Of a DNA stretch of 64,000 nt, positions 52,101-64,000 are shown piece after piece. The DNA is taken from the NCBI RefSeq assembly GCF_964194025.1, contig NC_134469.1, positions 51,460,001 through 51,524,000 of the forward strand, in the 5' to 3' direction. Made by a program: the position numbers and the translations under genes. Origin of the DNA: Convolutriloba macropyga. Lineage: Eukaryota. How positions within the stretch are numbered: position 1 is the stretch's first letter; each line of letters begins with the position of its first letter. The notes beneath the pieces are model-generated. The model was not told the origin of the DNA and did no database searches. It saw nothing but the letters and a program-made list of their open reading frames with translations.

Positions 52101-54881
52101 AACACGTCTTACTTTGCCAGGCTTGTTCGGGTTCAGCACTGGATGATGTGGCAAGTACCATTCTTTCCCTAAGCTGCCTTTCATTTCGGAGTCGTCCAAT
52201 ATCTTTACGAATCCCTTCTCTAAGTCTGTATCTATTGACTGTTGGTACAAACTCTTCAGGTTTGGGTCCCTTTGGAACCTTCGCTCCAGTGAGTGAAGCT
52301 GACCCAAGGCTGAGCTGTAGTTGTTCGGCAGGTTGGGCTCTGGTTCACTCCAAAGCATTCCCACTTCGTACCGCTCGCCTGTGAACTTCGTCGTACTCTC
52401 TAGCATCTTTTGTGCCTGCAGTTCCTTCTTTGACTGACTGACGACGTTAATTTTGGAAGCATAAGTTTCTATGTCCCACCATCTTTGGATATTTTCAGCC
52501 ACTTTCACATCTTCTGTGAAGGCGAAATGACAAACATTTTGTCTTCTCTTGCCCGTCATGGGTCCACTGACTACCCATCCTAATTCTGTTAGAACGGCGA
52601 AAGGTTCACTTCGTGTTCCTATCCTGTAGTCCAATGGTCTCTGTAGCTCGTAAGCATCTTGACCGAGAATGATGCCGACGTCCATCAAGTTGAACGTTTT
52701 GTTTGGGAGAACGTTCAAGTGGTTGAAGCTTTGCTTCAATTTGTTGTAGTCGTAGTTTGTGGTTCCCAATGAAATTGACGGGTGTACAAACGCTTCTATC
52801 GAATGTACTTTTGAATGCGGTCCCTTTATTTTTATGGACACAATTTCTGTCTTCAAATCTTTCGTTCCGTGTATGCCAGCTATGTTGAGCGTAACATCGG
52901 TGCCCTTGGCTCGCAACTTCTCATTAACGCTTCGATCGACGAATGATACCGTTGATCCACTATCGAGGAAAGCATATGTGTTTAACCTGTTGCGGCCACT
53001 TTGAATTGAGACTGGAACTATCTGAAGAAAACTCGTAACTTCGTTACTTTGACTGATTGTTGCTGCGCTTACGTTGACTGCGTGATTGCCCTCGTCCATT
53101 TGGTTTTCTGAGTGTAGCAATCGGTTGTGCTTTTTGGTACATCCATTTATACCACAAGCGTTGACTTTACAATCTTTGATTGCATGTCCTTTTCCCAGAC
53201 ATCCGTAACATAAGCGTTGCTTCCTCACAGCTGCATAACGATCATTCACGTTCATGTTCTTAAATAAAGGACAGTTCCAAATTTTGTGCGTTCCATCGGC
53301 TAATGGGGAGTGATCGCTAATAGTTGTCTGCGCTTCCTTTACGTTTGAACTCGCACTAAAATTCGAGGATTTAGAGAACTGCTTGGTTTTGTTCGCATTT
53401 CGTCGATGATCCTCCTTACGTTCCCCTGTGGGCTGCGACATGCCTTCATAAACGAATGCCATTCTTGATAGCCAGTTCTCTAGGAGACAGAGATCTGGTC
53501 GGTCCTCATTGCTTTCATCTACATAGAACCACCATTTCTCCTTCAGATTAGGTGGCAACTTTTCAATCGCGATTTGCAGTGTTGCACTAGATCGCAAGTC
53601 GCCTTCATATTTGTAGTGCTTCAGAACACTGAGTACGTTACTGATGGTTGTTGAATAACGGACTAATGCTTTTGAATCATGCATTCGGATTGGTTGTTGA
53701 TTTCGCAGAGTGTTGAGTTGTGCCTCAACAATTAGGTAAGGTCGGCCAAACCTCCGTTCCAACAAAGCCCAAGCTTCACCATATAGATCTCCGGAGTAGC
53801 CCATACTTGCTATAGCCGCTCTGGCTTTGCCAGTTAGCAATGTTTTCAAGTGGCTCATTTTCTCTGACTTGGGTATTGCGCGGTTATGAACTGTTGCTAC
53901 AAACATGTTTGAACATTCCGGCCACTCGAGCGGATTGCCGTCGAAAGAATTTAACTTCAACTTTGGTAGCTGACTACTACTGCTTAGTACATTGCACTCA
54001 GACCGGTCGGGTAAACGGTTGAGTCTGAAACGCTCGCCGCTTGGGGATCTGGATTTAAGTAAGCTTTCTCGATCGAAACTGACTCAATAGTTTTCGTGAC
54101 CGTTCTTTGTATGATCAAAACTACGGTCTTTAAAGTTTGCAAACTTATCTGATTGGTCGAGCCAGCCGAAGACGTCTTTGCTCTTCGGACTTTTCCAATT
54201 GAAAGGAGATCGGCTTCTTATACTAGGCGCGGCGCCATCATCAGAACCAGAATCTCTGGCATCAAGGGCTTCTTTTTCATATTGCAGTTTAAGCGCACCT
54301 TCTTCTTCCAAACGGTGCAGTTCCATCTCCAGCTCCTTCTGCTTCATTTCATATTCAATTTTTCTCAGACGCATTTTGGTGTTAAATTCTTTGTCTAGAG
54401 CTGCAAGCTTCTCTGCTTTCTTGGCCCTTTTATCGGCAGACGCTCTGGACTCGTTGTCCTGGTTATCCTTTTGTTGATTCTTAACAGAAACTTGGGAGGT
54501 TTCTCCCATAGATCTTGGAACTTTATCATTTGGCTCTGCAGCCCTGCTTTGGAGAGGGGTCTGATTCTGCTGATCCTCCATGCTTGTCTGGCCGTGGATA
54601 TATGGCAACCAATCGGCTTCTAAGTTGATGAAGAATTCGCGTTGTTGGGTTTTGTGTCGTCGATATAATTCCAAATTGTTAAAGATATCACCCCTCTTGT
54701 CAAGTAGCTTCTCTAGGCTAATATCGAATTGTAAAATTTGGTTATATACTGTTTTAAGTTTGCTAGGCCGATCCTTATTTTTGATCAATTCGTAGCCTTC
54801 TTTCTCCTTTAGCTCAATCTGCTTTGCACAGTGCTTGATTTGTTTCTCAAGGTTGCTGTGACTACGTGACCGAGTCACAAT
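49152..54881 (-). CDS. BEL 2 Gag-PR-RT-RH-IN polyprotein: one frame with a single internal TGA (54086-54084) and no clear ATG
   Basis: ORFs 54878-54084 and 53960-49152 share a frame and the 123 nt between them are open. Motifs LPKLKLNSFDGNPLEW, FLDSGS, YLPHHPV, FYMDD, FADAS, SIPRLEL, NPADIGTR, GIDYFGP, SDNGTNF, GGVWERL. The stop lies 19 nt inside the 3' LTR. Confidence 0.93.
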
Positions 54882-55034
54882 TTGTTTACTTTGACGCTGC
54901 AGTTTGACGCTTTTCTGTCCCGTGGTTTTGTTTTCGACAAAGTTGGCACCTCAACGTCGTTTGACTGTGCAACTCGAGTTGTCTCGTTGACCTTTTGTTT
55001 TGTTCAAGGTTAGACAGCGGTTCGTATTCCACTG

Positions 55035-55051
55035 TCCGGGTCGGCGGACCA
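55035..55051 (-). promoter_or_regulatory. Primer-binding site of BEL 2, tRNA-Tyr-like
   Basis: TGGTCCGCCGACCCGGA begins 2 nt after the 5' LTR and resembles TGGTCCTTCGAGCCGGA, the tRNA-Tyr complement common in BEL elements. Confidence 0.65.
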
Positions 55052-55053
55052 AA

Positions 55054-56354
55054 TGTAACGGCTGCTTTCCTATCAATTATAAGGAAACTTTTATACCGCC
55101 CAGTTCGTTATTAGCGGTTTACAAGCTGTCTGGATACTAAGTTGTGCAGTTCGCTTTTGTAACTTTATATCCGCTAATCTGTAAATTACCGTTGCATTAA
55201 ACGTTGCTTTATTAGTCCAAATAACTAATCGCTCAGCTTTGCTGAATAATAAAATCAATTGCTGGAACTACTCAGTAAGTTCCAATTGAATAATCAAACA
55301 ATTTTTTATTTTTCTGAGTTTTGTTTAACAACTCTGTTATTCAAGTTGGTGCTATTCAAACCAAATTTGTATCCCTATAGGTTGCTCACTGTTTATGTTT
55401 ATAAACGAATCTAAGGGGGTACATTCGGTTTCAGAATAGAAAACAATTCACAGAGGAGAACCCGTCTTTTGCCGTAAGCGGACTTTAATTGTTGGTCAAA
55501 ACAGAGGTCCTTCGTTAGTCACTGGGGCCGAAGCCATAGAGACGACGTAGCATCTAGGTTTTTGGTTTGGAAAACTCAAGTCTGTGAACTGAAAATCTAT
55601 CTTTCACCGCCTATTACTTTCAACGAACTGATTATAAATCGTTCGTCCAGTCGAAGAAGAGGAATTATTTAACACCCTAACGTTCAGCTATCAGAGGTTC
55701 TTTAGTTTCCTTTCTCTCAAGTTACTCAAACTTTCAAGACCAAATTGATGACAAGATAAATTACAAGTTTCCCGTTAGCAAGACACAGTATTTTACTGCT
55801 CAAGTGAGATTGTTAGGCAAACTAGATTCCCTTATGAATATATATTTCCTAGTTCTTTCAAAGCCAACCTGACTTCAACTAATAATCTGGTGCTCTGCTC
55901 AATCTAGAACTCCCGTTTTTCCACAAAAACTGAACCCGGTTTTTATGATCACAACAAAGCTCAGGCATAATTATCTGCTCTTCACAGCAATCTGCGACCG
56001 ACACACACCTACTTTTATTAAGCTTTGAAGTGTGTGGAATCAGATGTATGCGGAATTTCACGAGTCTTAGTTCTTTCGCTTCACTTCTGTATAAGTGGCA
56101 GCAGATGTGATTATTTAGAAAAGTCAAACTAACACTTCGTTGTTACCAGGTGTAAAACGCAATTTTGTCATACAATAGTTTTAGTGACCTTGTTTTGTTA
56201 AGACTTTAACCCGGTCAGCTTGTTCGCACGTTTGGTGCTCTTTTTACATGTTTACAAATGTATGAAATTTAGAAACAAAATATGTCGACATAAAATTGTT
56301 TTAATGAAATGAATGATGAATGTTTGGGGAAATAGTTAATGCTCGGCCTCTACA
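55054..56354 (-). repeat. BEL 2 5' LTR
   Basis: Direct repeat of 47873-49170. Confidence 0.96.
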
Positions 56355-57276
56355 GACCGACAGGACTAATATAATTGCTACAAACTTCGTTTGAGAGCAA
56401 TTAAAAATCAATGTCAAAATGCCGCATGTGAACAAAAAACCACTAGCAAGAAATCGAAATTTGGTTCAAACAAAAAACTAGGAATTTTTGTTCGAACACC
56501 ATTTTCTCACTCTACTTTAAAATAAGAGCGAAAAAATTTCATGCCGCAAAACCACTCGCTTTTTCGCTCCATTTCCTGTTTCGGCGTGACCAAAATCAGT
56601 ACTCCAATTTGACTTCAAAAGTCGTGAAAATATGTGAACAGATCTTTTAAAAAAAGACAGCGCCCCAATACAATTCAGATTCTTTGAATTGTAAAAATTC
56701 AAGAGAAGGCCAATAATAGCCCCAGCTATCGCTGTGCGGCTATTAATAAAAACGAAAAATATTAGCTAAAAATTTATAACAAATAGTGCATTAGCTGCCC
56801 GATGATGAGGAATCACAAATTCACTCCACGAGAACACATATGTATCATAGCAATGGCACTTAAGAGATGAAACACTGAAATCAGAAGCCTAAGTTCCAAA
56901 CGTGAAAAAATTTTCTTTTCAAAACCGAAAATTTGTTCAAATATTCAAATTTCTCATTACCATTCAGAGGTGATTTGAAAAACAAAATCACGCTTCAAAC
57001 CTTCTCAATTTTCGCTCTTTTACTTTAATTTAAAGAAACCAATCTAAAGAAAAGAGTGCACCAATACAATCCAAATAAACTGGATAGTAGAAAGGAGAGC
57101 ATCTGAATAATAGCTAAATAATAGTTAGCTTGCGGATTAGAGAGGCTAACTTAAGCGTAGTTGGTGGGAGGGGTGGAGTGTGTGAGCGGAGGTTCCTTAG
57201 GGGGTAGAGTGCGCGGGTTAGAAATCTCTCTCAAAAAAATTCCTAATTAAACGTTCAAACATACTTTTTTGTGCAG

Positions 57277-57430
57277 GATTACACAGATTAAGAACTACTC
57301 GTGGGACAATGCGCAGATAATCTTGGTGGGCAACAAATGTGATATGGAGGACGAAAGGGCAGTAGTTCCAGACAGAGGACGCCAACTGGCAGAGAGCCTC
57401 AACGTAGAATTCTTCGAAACCAGCGCTAAA
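57277..57430 (+). CDS. Rab3: Rab3 coding exon 4
   Basis: TTTTTTGTGCAG|G; (W)[51 protein letters not shown]; donor GTAAGC. Confidence 0.97.
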
Positions 57431-57850
57431 GTAAGCTGAATATCCATCCAGTTTCTATTCCTAACCTTCTTGTACTTAAAATCGATCGAGACCAAAGTTA
57501 GAAACCTTTTCTTTCTGACATGAGAAGTAAATTCTGAGCTATAACTGTTTCATAACAACCATTTGTCCTGAATGAGATTTAAGGATCCCTCGTGCAGATT
57601 ATGACCCTCCATAATTAATATTTTTATTATACAGCTTTATGATTTAAATTGTAATTGATAGTCTGATCTCACTAATTCACCAACAGGCAAAAGCAGTCAG
57701 TGCAAAAGCAGGCATCAGTTTCTGAAATAACGTGGTAGTAAAAGACAAATAGTAGAAACATTTCCGGATTTAACAACATCAACCACTCGCTAATTCACAA
57801 CCCGCAATCATGGGTACAAAGACATGTGAACCAAATTAGATGTGTTTCAG

Positions 57851-58012
57851 GACAACATAAATGTTCGAGAAACGTTTGAGCGTCTGGTAGACATAATATG
57901 CGCTAAAATGTCCGAATCACTGGATAACGATCCGAGTCTCACGGCTAACAAACAGGGCACGCGGCTGACCGAAACTCCCATGCAACAGGCTCAAAACAAT
58001 TGCAACTGTTGA
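57851..58012 (+). CDS. Rab3: Rab3 coding exon 5 with C-terminal CXC prenylation motif
   Basis: TTTCAG|GAC; [28 protein letters not shown]...[18 protein letters not shown]. The five exons sum to 657 nt (218 aa plus stop). Confidence 0.97.
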   Translation, partial: DNINVRETFERLVDIICAKMSESLDNDPSLTANKQGTRLTETPMQQAQNNCNC

Positions 58013-58418
58013 TTGACATATTGCAACAACAATCAGGCGACTCAAAGATAATCAACATAGAAGTAAGACTTATTTCAAACAACTTCTCTGCGTTTCAAGA
58101 AGCCTTAATGCAAAGCATTCTTAAAAATAACTCATGCAAAGCGATTTTGATTACATTGAAGGAAATAATCTCTCACAAATAAGGCGCAAAAATGGAAACA
58201 AAAACCCACTACGAATTGGTTTTGAACAAGCGGGGGCTAAATTTAATTGTAGCCTACTTCAGCGTTGTGGGGGTCGAGGTCTGGATGGAAAATTAGCTTG
58301 GAGAAATTAACTCAGGGATTTCAAATTATGCTCAAATGAGCTCGATTACGACCCTACAAACATAAATAGCGTAACAAAGGAAACTTTATGACCCAATAAA
58401 CTCAAAAACTTGACCCGA

Positions 58419-61355
58419 TAATTGTTCCGACCCCTCTTGAGGGGGGAGGAACTATATACACAACTGGGTTTTTTTTGTTCAGACAATTTTGACCAATCGA
58501 TATATTCATCGAGATTTGTGAGTGGCACCATTAAAAAGCCCGTCCAGTGTAGAATATGGAATTTAAAAGATTTTTTTGAATTTCGTTTTTTACAGGAAGT
58601 TATCGAGGTTTAAACTTTTGAGAGAAGTGTGCATTTTCCGAAATTTTTGCCTAAATTTTCGTCAATTTTGCTAAAATATGTAAAAAATGTTAACAATAAC
58701 ATTGTTGTTGTTTTTTAGAGACCAAAAATTTTGTTGACTATTTTGAATCCATTTTTTCGGCAAAAGTTTTGGCGAAAAATTTCAAAATTCAGACTTTCTC
58801 ATCAAAAATTGCCCAAAATAATCTTCTTTAGTCCACTATGATTAAATTTGACGGAAGTACACACCCAAAAACAATTAACACAATCTTTGTAAACTACAAG
58901 TAAACTACAAAGGGAACTAGTCCTACTTTCACTTTTATCGAGCATTAGAAGTTTGAGCGTTTTCTGCTAATTTTACTCTATGATTATCAAAAACAAAGCA
59001 TTTATTTTTGATATTTTAACTAACAAATTACCTAGATCTAAAGCATTCCAAACAATTGAGTGTTCTTAACGGAAAAACAGCAATAGCATGGCTGGTTTTG
59101 GTCCAATCTTGGACGGTCACAATCCAAAACTAATTCAGATTGTAAACAGTCGGTCTTTTTTTAAAAAAAAACATTCGATTTTTAATGCTAAGTAAAGAAC
59201 AGAACAATTCAAATCAAAGCTCAATGTTGATAGGTCCAATTGTCTCCCTAAACAGCTCGATTTTTGTATTTTGTCTCTTTACTCGAAAGATTATGGTCGT
59301 TTTGACTTTTAAAAAATCTTAGATTTTCAAAAAATGGCTCATTGAACTTTGCCACTACTTTTCTTTTAATTTGGTGAAGTTGTAACTTTGTGTAAGCAAA
59401 GAAAGAATGAAAATGAAGAATGAGAACTCTTCTTTCTTCTCATATTAAACCTAATTTTTTTTGCGGTTTTACATGTTAAATTATGGTTTTCTGGCGTTGA
59501 TACTAACAGATTTCAGATTTTTTTTTTTCTAATTTTAGGCATTGGCCCATTTTTCACGTTTTTTCCTCGTTTTATCACAATATCATGCTATTAAAAGTTG
59601 ACATATTACATTATTGACGTTCAACATAAGACACAATTGAACATATAAATCTTTAAAGGCATAGGTTAGGGTTTAAACGACTTCGACACCCCTTTCTCGA
59701 AATACTTAATTGAATTTTTCACATTTGTCTTTAATTGCAGTGTTTACTTTGTCTTTTCAATCCTATGAGGTTTCCTGGATAATGACAAGTCTCGTTGGTT
59801 TTTTATGGAGGAAAAAAATTAGCCAAAGTTCTGATTTGTGTAGATAGCTGATGACTTTTATGCTTTTAAATTATTTGTTTCCAGAAGAAAGACTTTTTTA
59901 ACTTCGTTTTTTGACTTTTTTGTTCATTTTTGTCAATTGGTTACCTAGTCTTGTTAATTAAAAGTCAAATTTGGCGTCATTCACCTCAGGGGAAGATGCA
60001 AGTGTACAAAATCTAATGTTAAAGTATTCGTTTTGAATTTACTGGCTTCGACACGGATTTTTCGCAGAAAAAGTAAACTAATTTTTGATTTTAGTCAATG
60101 TTTGACGTTCTTTTTCTAGACGTAAGACATATTCTGAATAAATTCAGGTCTCAGCTGCTTTATTTGGATTAGTAAATGAACCTATTTAAATATTTCTTTG
60201 TAGCTATTGGTTTTCATGGATTTAAAAATAATTGTTTCCGAAAAATAAAGTATTACTTAATTTTGCTTTTTTCTCTTTTTTATTGTCTACTTGTTTCATA
60301 TTCTCTTTGACGAGAGGTTGCATACCAAATTATTGGCGTACGAGCAAGGCTCAATTGAACATTTTTTGTGAGACAAAATCTAGCTTTACGGCTTCGACAA
60401 CGTTTTCTCGCAAGTTCTGAATTTTTTGTTTGTTGTCTCTATTTGTTGTTCTTTTTGTAATCTTATTAAACAAAATTGGATAATAACAGGTCTTAATGCC
60501 TTCCTATAGAGGCGTATGTGATCATAAACATTTTGCATTTTTCAATAGCTATCAAATGGTTTTCATTACTTTGAAAATAATTGTTTACTAAAATAATAGC
60601 CAATTTTTCAGTGTTGTTTTTTGTTCTTTTTTGTCTAATTGTTACCAGTCTTCATTATGGAGTGGTCCCATACCTTTTTTAGTGAAATACAAGTTTTTCT
60701 GTTTAGTTTCAGTTTTATCTAACGCTATTTTGACATGTAGTTTTTTTTAAAAAAAAGTGGGCATAAAGTTTTGGATATTATCAATATTTGTTGTTTAATT
60801 TTGTTGTACGTGTTGACTAACTTGCTTAGCAGTGGCTGATCTCATCAATCTATGCGGCATTTTTTGCAGGCGTATGTTATCATAAACATGTATATTTTCA
60901 ATTGCTATCTAATGGTTTTCATTACTTTGAAATTGATCGTTTATTAAAATAGCCAATTTTTCATTGCTGTTTTTTTTCTTTTTTGTCTAATTGTTACCAA
61001 GCCTCATTATAGAGCGGTTCCATATCTTTTCTAGTAAAGTACAAGTTTTTCTGTTTAGCTTCAGTTATAGCTGACGCTATTTTGACTTGTTAATAATTTT
61101 TTTTTAAAATGGACATAAAATTTTGGATATAATTAATGTTTGTTGTTTGATTTTGTTATTCGTCTTGACTTACTTTCTTAACAGTGGCTGATCTAATCAC
61201 TGTAATGCGGCCTTTTTTTACTCCACTGAGTTATTTGCGTTGCAGGCGATCTTTTTGTTCATACAAAGTTCTTTTTGAAAAATACTGTTCATTTGGTAGA
61301 CATTTATGCCAAGAATGTGGATGAGCGGGGTAGGAACTTGCTGAGCCTCCTTGTT
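58419..61355 (+). mobile_element. Second apparently full-length (~2.9 kb) family A element
   Basis: 5' TAATTGTTCCGACCCCTC-TT-GAGGGGGGAGGAACTAT, with the next ~200 bp collinear with 33721-33930; 3' TTGGTAG...GCGGGGTAGGAAC...CTCCTTGTT. The terminal hairpin appears deleted. Confidence 0.7.
60509..61215. repeat. Two ~355-bp tandem units inside the family A element
   Basis: AGGCGTATGT.ATCATAAACA at ~60509 and ~60868; both units end CAGTGGCTGATCT...ATGCGGC. Confidence 0.9.
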
Positions 61356-62848
61356 GTGTTTTAGATGCAAACAATGGTAACATAAAATCCGAATTCGATC
61401 ACGTTTCTCAAAAGCGCACTATATTCCGGACGACGGTACTAAAATAAAGTTCCATCATTATTCAGCATCTAGCCACTCAACTGATCGATGGACCAACAGA
61501 CAACTTCTACGATAACGAATCTGCTGATTTTCATACATATTTAATTGAGCTAGAATATACAGTTTTCCTAATTATAAATAGCATGTCACTCGTCATTTGA
61601 TTACACCGAAACAAACTGAATGGACGTTTAAATTGAAATTGTATCCACTGTTCTATTCTTGTATACATCTTGTAATACATAATCATGCATATAGTTTAAG
61701 AAATCAACAATTATAGAACTCTGTTGTCTGTATGAATACCATTTATTCACTATCTTTTTTATCCCGATAGGAAAGCAAAAACTTTTGCGGATCTCAATTT
61801 CAATTTGAGAGTTTTCAATTTGACTGAAGGTTTATTCTAATTTCTTCCAGTTATCGCAGTTTGAGCACTTGCAAATGATTCGCCAGGTGCATTTATTATC
61901 GTAGTTGTATTTATTGGCAAAGAAACTACAGAAACCCCCCCTTCCCCAGCTTAGTGGGTGCATATTATTTGCAGCCCCCGGACGCACGTCATATTTTTAC
62001 AATGAATTACTACGTATGACACGAGCTCCGTAACTGGGGTGGGGGGGGGGGGGCATAACATACTGGGGGAGTGAGAGGGGCACAAACGGAATGGATCCAC
62101 ATTCGGTGCAAAATGTATCAAAACCTTTATAAAATAGGAAAAACATAACATTGGCGACGATTATATTTGAACTAAGTAGACTCATTCGTGACCATCTATT
62201 TTTGCCAGTCAAACAGACACCACCACCGGAGTAATGAGGAGCCCATGCACCCTTACTGCCTTTAATAATTAAATTTGAAGCTCTAATTTCACGGGGCTAT
62301 GATGCCAAATTTACATATAAACCGACAACCGTCGGACGTAGTCCTCTCGAACAAGTCGAGGGCTGGGCTTTGATTGTAGCGAGCCTACGCGTAGGACGCC
62401 CAGTCGCACTAGGTGCAGTTCGTAGTGTTGGAGCAGGGGGCCCGAGCATACTAAAATTGCTCCGCTTCCTCAAAAGATTTCCTGAACTGTACTTTCCGCC
62501 TACGGAGGCTCTAAGAAAAGTTAGACAGGAAACAGAAAAGACGCATATTTAGTAAAACGGCGTTAAAAATTCATTAAATTAAACGTTAAACATGTATTAC
62601 TGGGCTCTGTCAATTTCTAATTGACCAAAACAAAATTTTTTCCAACTTGAATGCTCACATCGCGGTGAATTCAGAATATTAGTCAAGAAAATATCTATTT
62701 AAACGCTCTTTCAGTTTTAATGCTTAACATTTGTTGAGATTTACGTAAATTGTTCCTTAGATTGTTTATTAGTGTGTCATGGAAAAAATATTGTATGAAA
62801 TAATTTGTCAATAGGTGATCCCGCAAGTTGATTTTCTTTTTTCAATTA

Positions 62849-64000
62849 TAATAATAATAATAACAAAGGATTTAGGATAAAGTAATCCACGGGTTCGCAT
62901 AAAACCCGGTTATTGAGTTGTTCAAAATTTATTAATATTTACGTAAAGATGAGTTTCTTCAAGTCTCTACAGTTATTGCAGCCACACAAGAGACGCCAAG
63001 TGCAAGGGTCTGATTCGTTGTAGCGGGATATGAAGAACCGATTGTAGAGTTCCAGGAGTTTGCTCTTGTGCTCTCGATCAAGGAGGATATCATATTTGAA
63101 ATAATCATTGAACAGATTTGCAAGGTGACAGGCTCGGTACCAAAAATCTGATTCACTCTTCTGCAACCGCATTTGCTTACAGATAAAATTTCTAGTGACT
63201 TGGGCTCTCCGGGTTCCCACCTCAGTGAGAGTGACATGGCTTTGCCAGTCTATATCAACTTTTCCCGATAACATTTTTGCAAATAATAACACGACATGAA
63301 GTTCTTGATATAGAGACAGTGGCAAGATGTTGATTTTCTGAAGTTTTTCCTTGTATGAGAGGACGCTGTTGCTGGTTTTGAATATCCAGGCCATTGCTTT
63401 TCGTTGAACACTTTCAAGTAAAGTTAAATCGCCCTTTGATGGTTTCCACAAGGCCGCGCCATAGCTGACAATTGGCACGACGTAGCAAACATATGCATTT
63501 TTCCTGGTTGCAAAATTTGCCTTGCAAAGGTTTCGTTTTAGCAGAAGGAATGCATTCAAGGCTTTTTCGGTTCTTTTCTTCGCGTGTAGTGTCCAGATTA
63601 AAGAGTCCGTAACAAAGAGGCCCAAATCTTTAATCGATTGAGTGGCTTCGAAGGTATAATTGGGCAGAGATATTTGGGCAGAGCCTTTAATACATAGCAG
63701 CTTGCTTTTCGTAAGGTTCATTGACATCAGATTATCATCGCACCACCTCCACAGTTTTCTGACATCTATGTTGAGCGTCACAGGATTGGTCCCTACAATT
63801 TTGTAATCATCCGCATAGCCAAAAGCCTTTGACATAACACAGGACGGCAAATCGTTTAAGAAGACTAGGAAGAACAGCGGGCCTAGAATGGAACCTTGGG
63901 GGACGCCGCTAAAGACATCAAGTTCTTTTGAGGTTGTGCTATTTATTCGCACTGTTTGTTTCCGATTTGACAGATAGCTTCGAAGCAGACTTAGGCAGTT
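62849..64000 (-). mobile_element. Non-LTR retrotransposon (CR1/L2/Jockey group), 3' end; continues beyond the window
   Basis: RT ORF, ~75-nt 3' UTR with stem-loop CGGGTT-7nt-AACCCG (62890-62908) and a (TTA)n tail (62849-62863). Confidence 0.92.
62939..64000 (-). CDS. LINE ORF2 reverse transcriptase, C-terminal part, uninterrupted to the window edge
   Basis: LLRSYLSNRKQTV, SGVPQGSILGPLFFLVFLNDLP, YADD, KDLG, LESVQRKA and terminal CGCNNC. Confidence 0.94.
   Translation of the reverse strand, partial: NCLSLLRSYLSNRKQTVRINSTTSKELDVFSGVPQGSILGPLFFLVFLNDLPSCVMSKAFGYADDYKIVGTNPVTLNIDVRKLWRWCDDNLMSMNLTKSKLLCIKGSAQISLPNYTFEATQSIKDLGLFVTDSLIWTLHAKKRTEKALNAFLLLKRNLCKANFATRKNAYVCYVVPIVSYGAALWKPSKGDLTLLESVQRKAMAWIFKTSNSVLSYKEKLQKINILPLSLYQELHVVLLFAKMLSGKVDIDWQSHVTLTEVGTRRAQVTRNFICKQMRLQKSESDFWYRACHLANLFNDYFKYDILLDREHKSKLLELYNRFFISRYNESDPCTWRLLCGCNNCRDLKKLIFT

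Larger units (their letters stand above)
47873..56354 (-). mobile_element. BEL/Pao LTR retrotransposon 2, full length, antisense in Rab3 intron 3
   Basis: LTRs of 1298 and 1301 bp with ~11 substitutions and one 3-bp indel by eye; TSD GACCG at 47868-47872 and 56355-56359; complete BEL polyprotein motifs. Confidence 0.97.
47490..56402 (-). mobile_element. Family B element split by BEL 2 (47490-47872 plus 56355-56402), with G-rich centre 47559-47673
   Basis: Perfect inverted repeats AATTGCTCTCAAACGA (47507-47522) and TCGTTTGAGAGCAATT (56387-56402); the core across the BEL TSD is collinear with 40680-40781. Confidence 0.78.

Noticed and set aside
49576-54795. Many + strand ORFs opposite BEL 2, and similar shadow ORFs over BEL 1, DCXR and Rab3 exon 4
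   Set aside because: Antisense or alternative-frame shadows of real coding sequence with no independent motifs.

Overview
AT-rich, repeat-dense eukaryotic genomic DNA, probably from an invertebrate metazoan; the species cannot be determined from the window. No prokaryotic features are present. Three host genes are supported: (i) a secreted trypsin/chymotrypsin-family (S1) protease on the - strand (three exons, 18558-13231), whose catalytic-Ser exon I could not find; (ii) an intronless L-xylulose/dicarbonyl reductase (DCXR, 38513-37749, -); and (iii) head-to-head with it, a complete 5-coding-exon Rab3 (39846-58012, +, 218 aa). The rest is mostly mobile DNA. There is an old decayed Ty3/Gypsy (Mag-like) element with an internal triplication (2677-12243, TSD GAAAA). 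A young BEL/Pao element (21878-31001, TSD TGTCA) carries an in-frame duplication of its whole RT domain. A second young BEL/Pao element lies antisense in Rab3 intron 3 (47873-56354, TSD GACCG), and its polyprotein has a single in-frame TGA. The 3' end of a CR1/L2-group LINE is at the right edge. The least obvious structure is two families of non-coding elements with DINE-1/HINE (Helentron-type) terminal architecture; one family carries a tRNA-like segment, and all three LTR elements landed in or next to these repeats. All alignments and mismatch counts were done by eye. I found no demonstrably new biological system; the best candidates are ranked in the findings.
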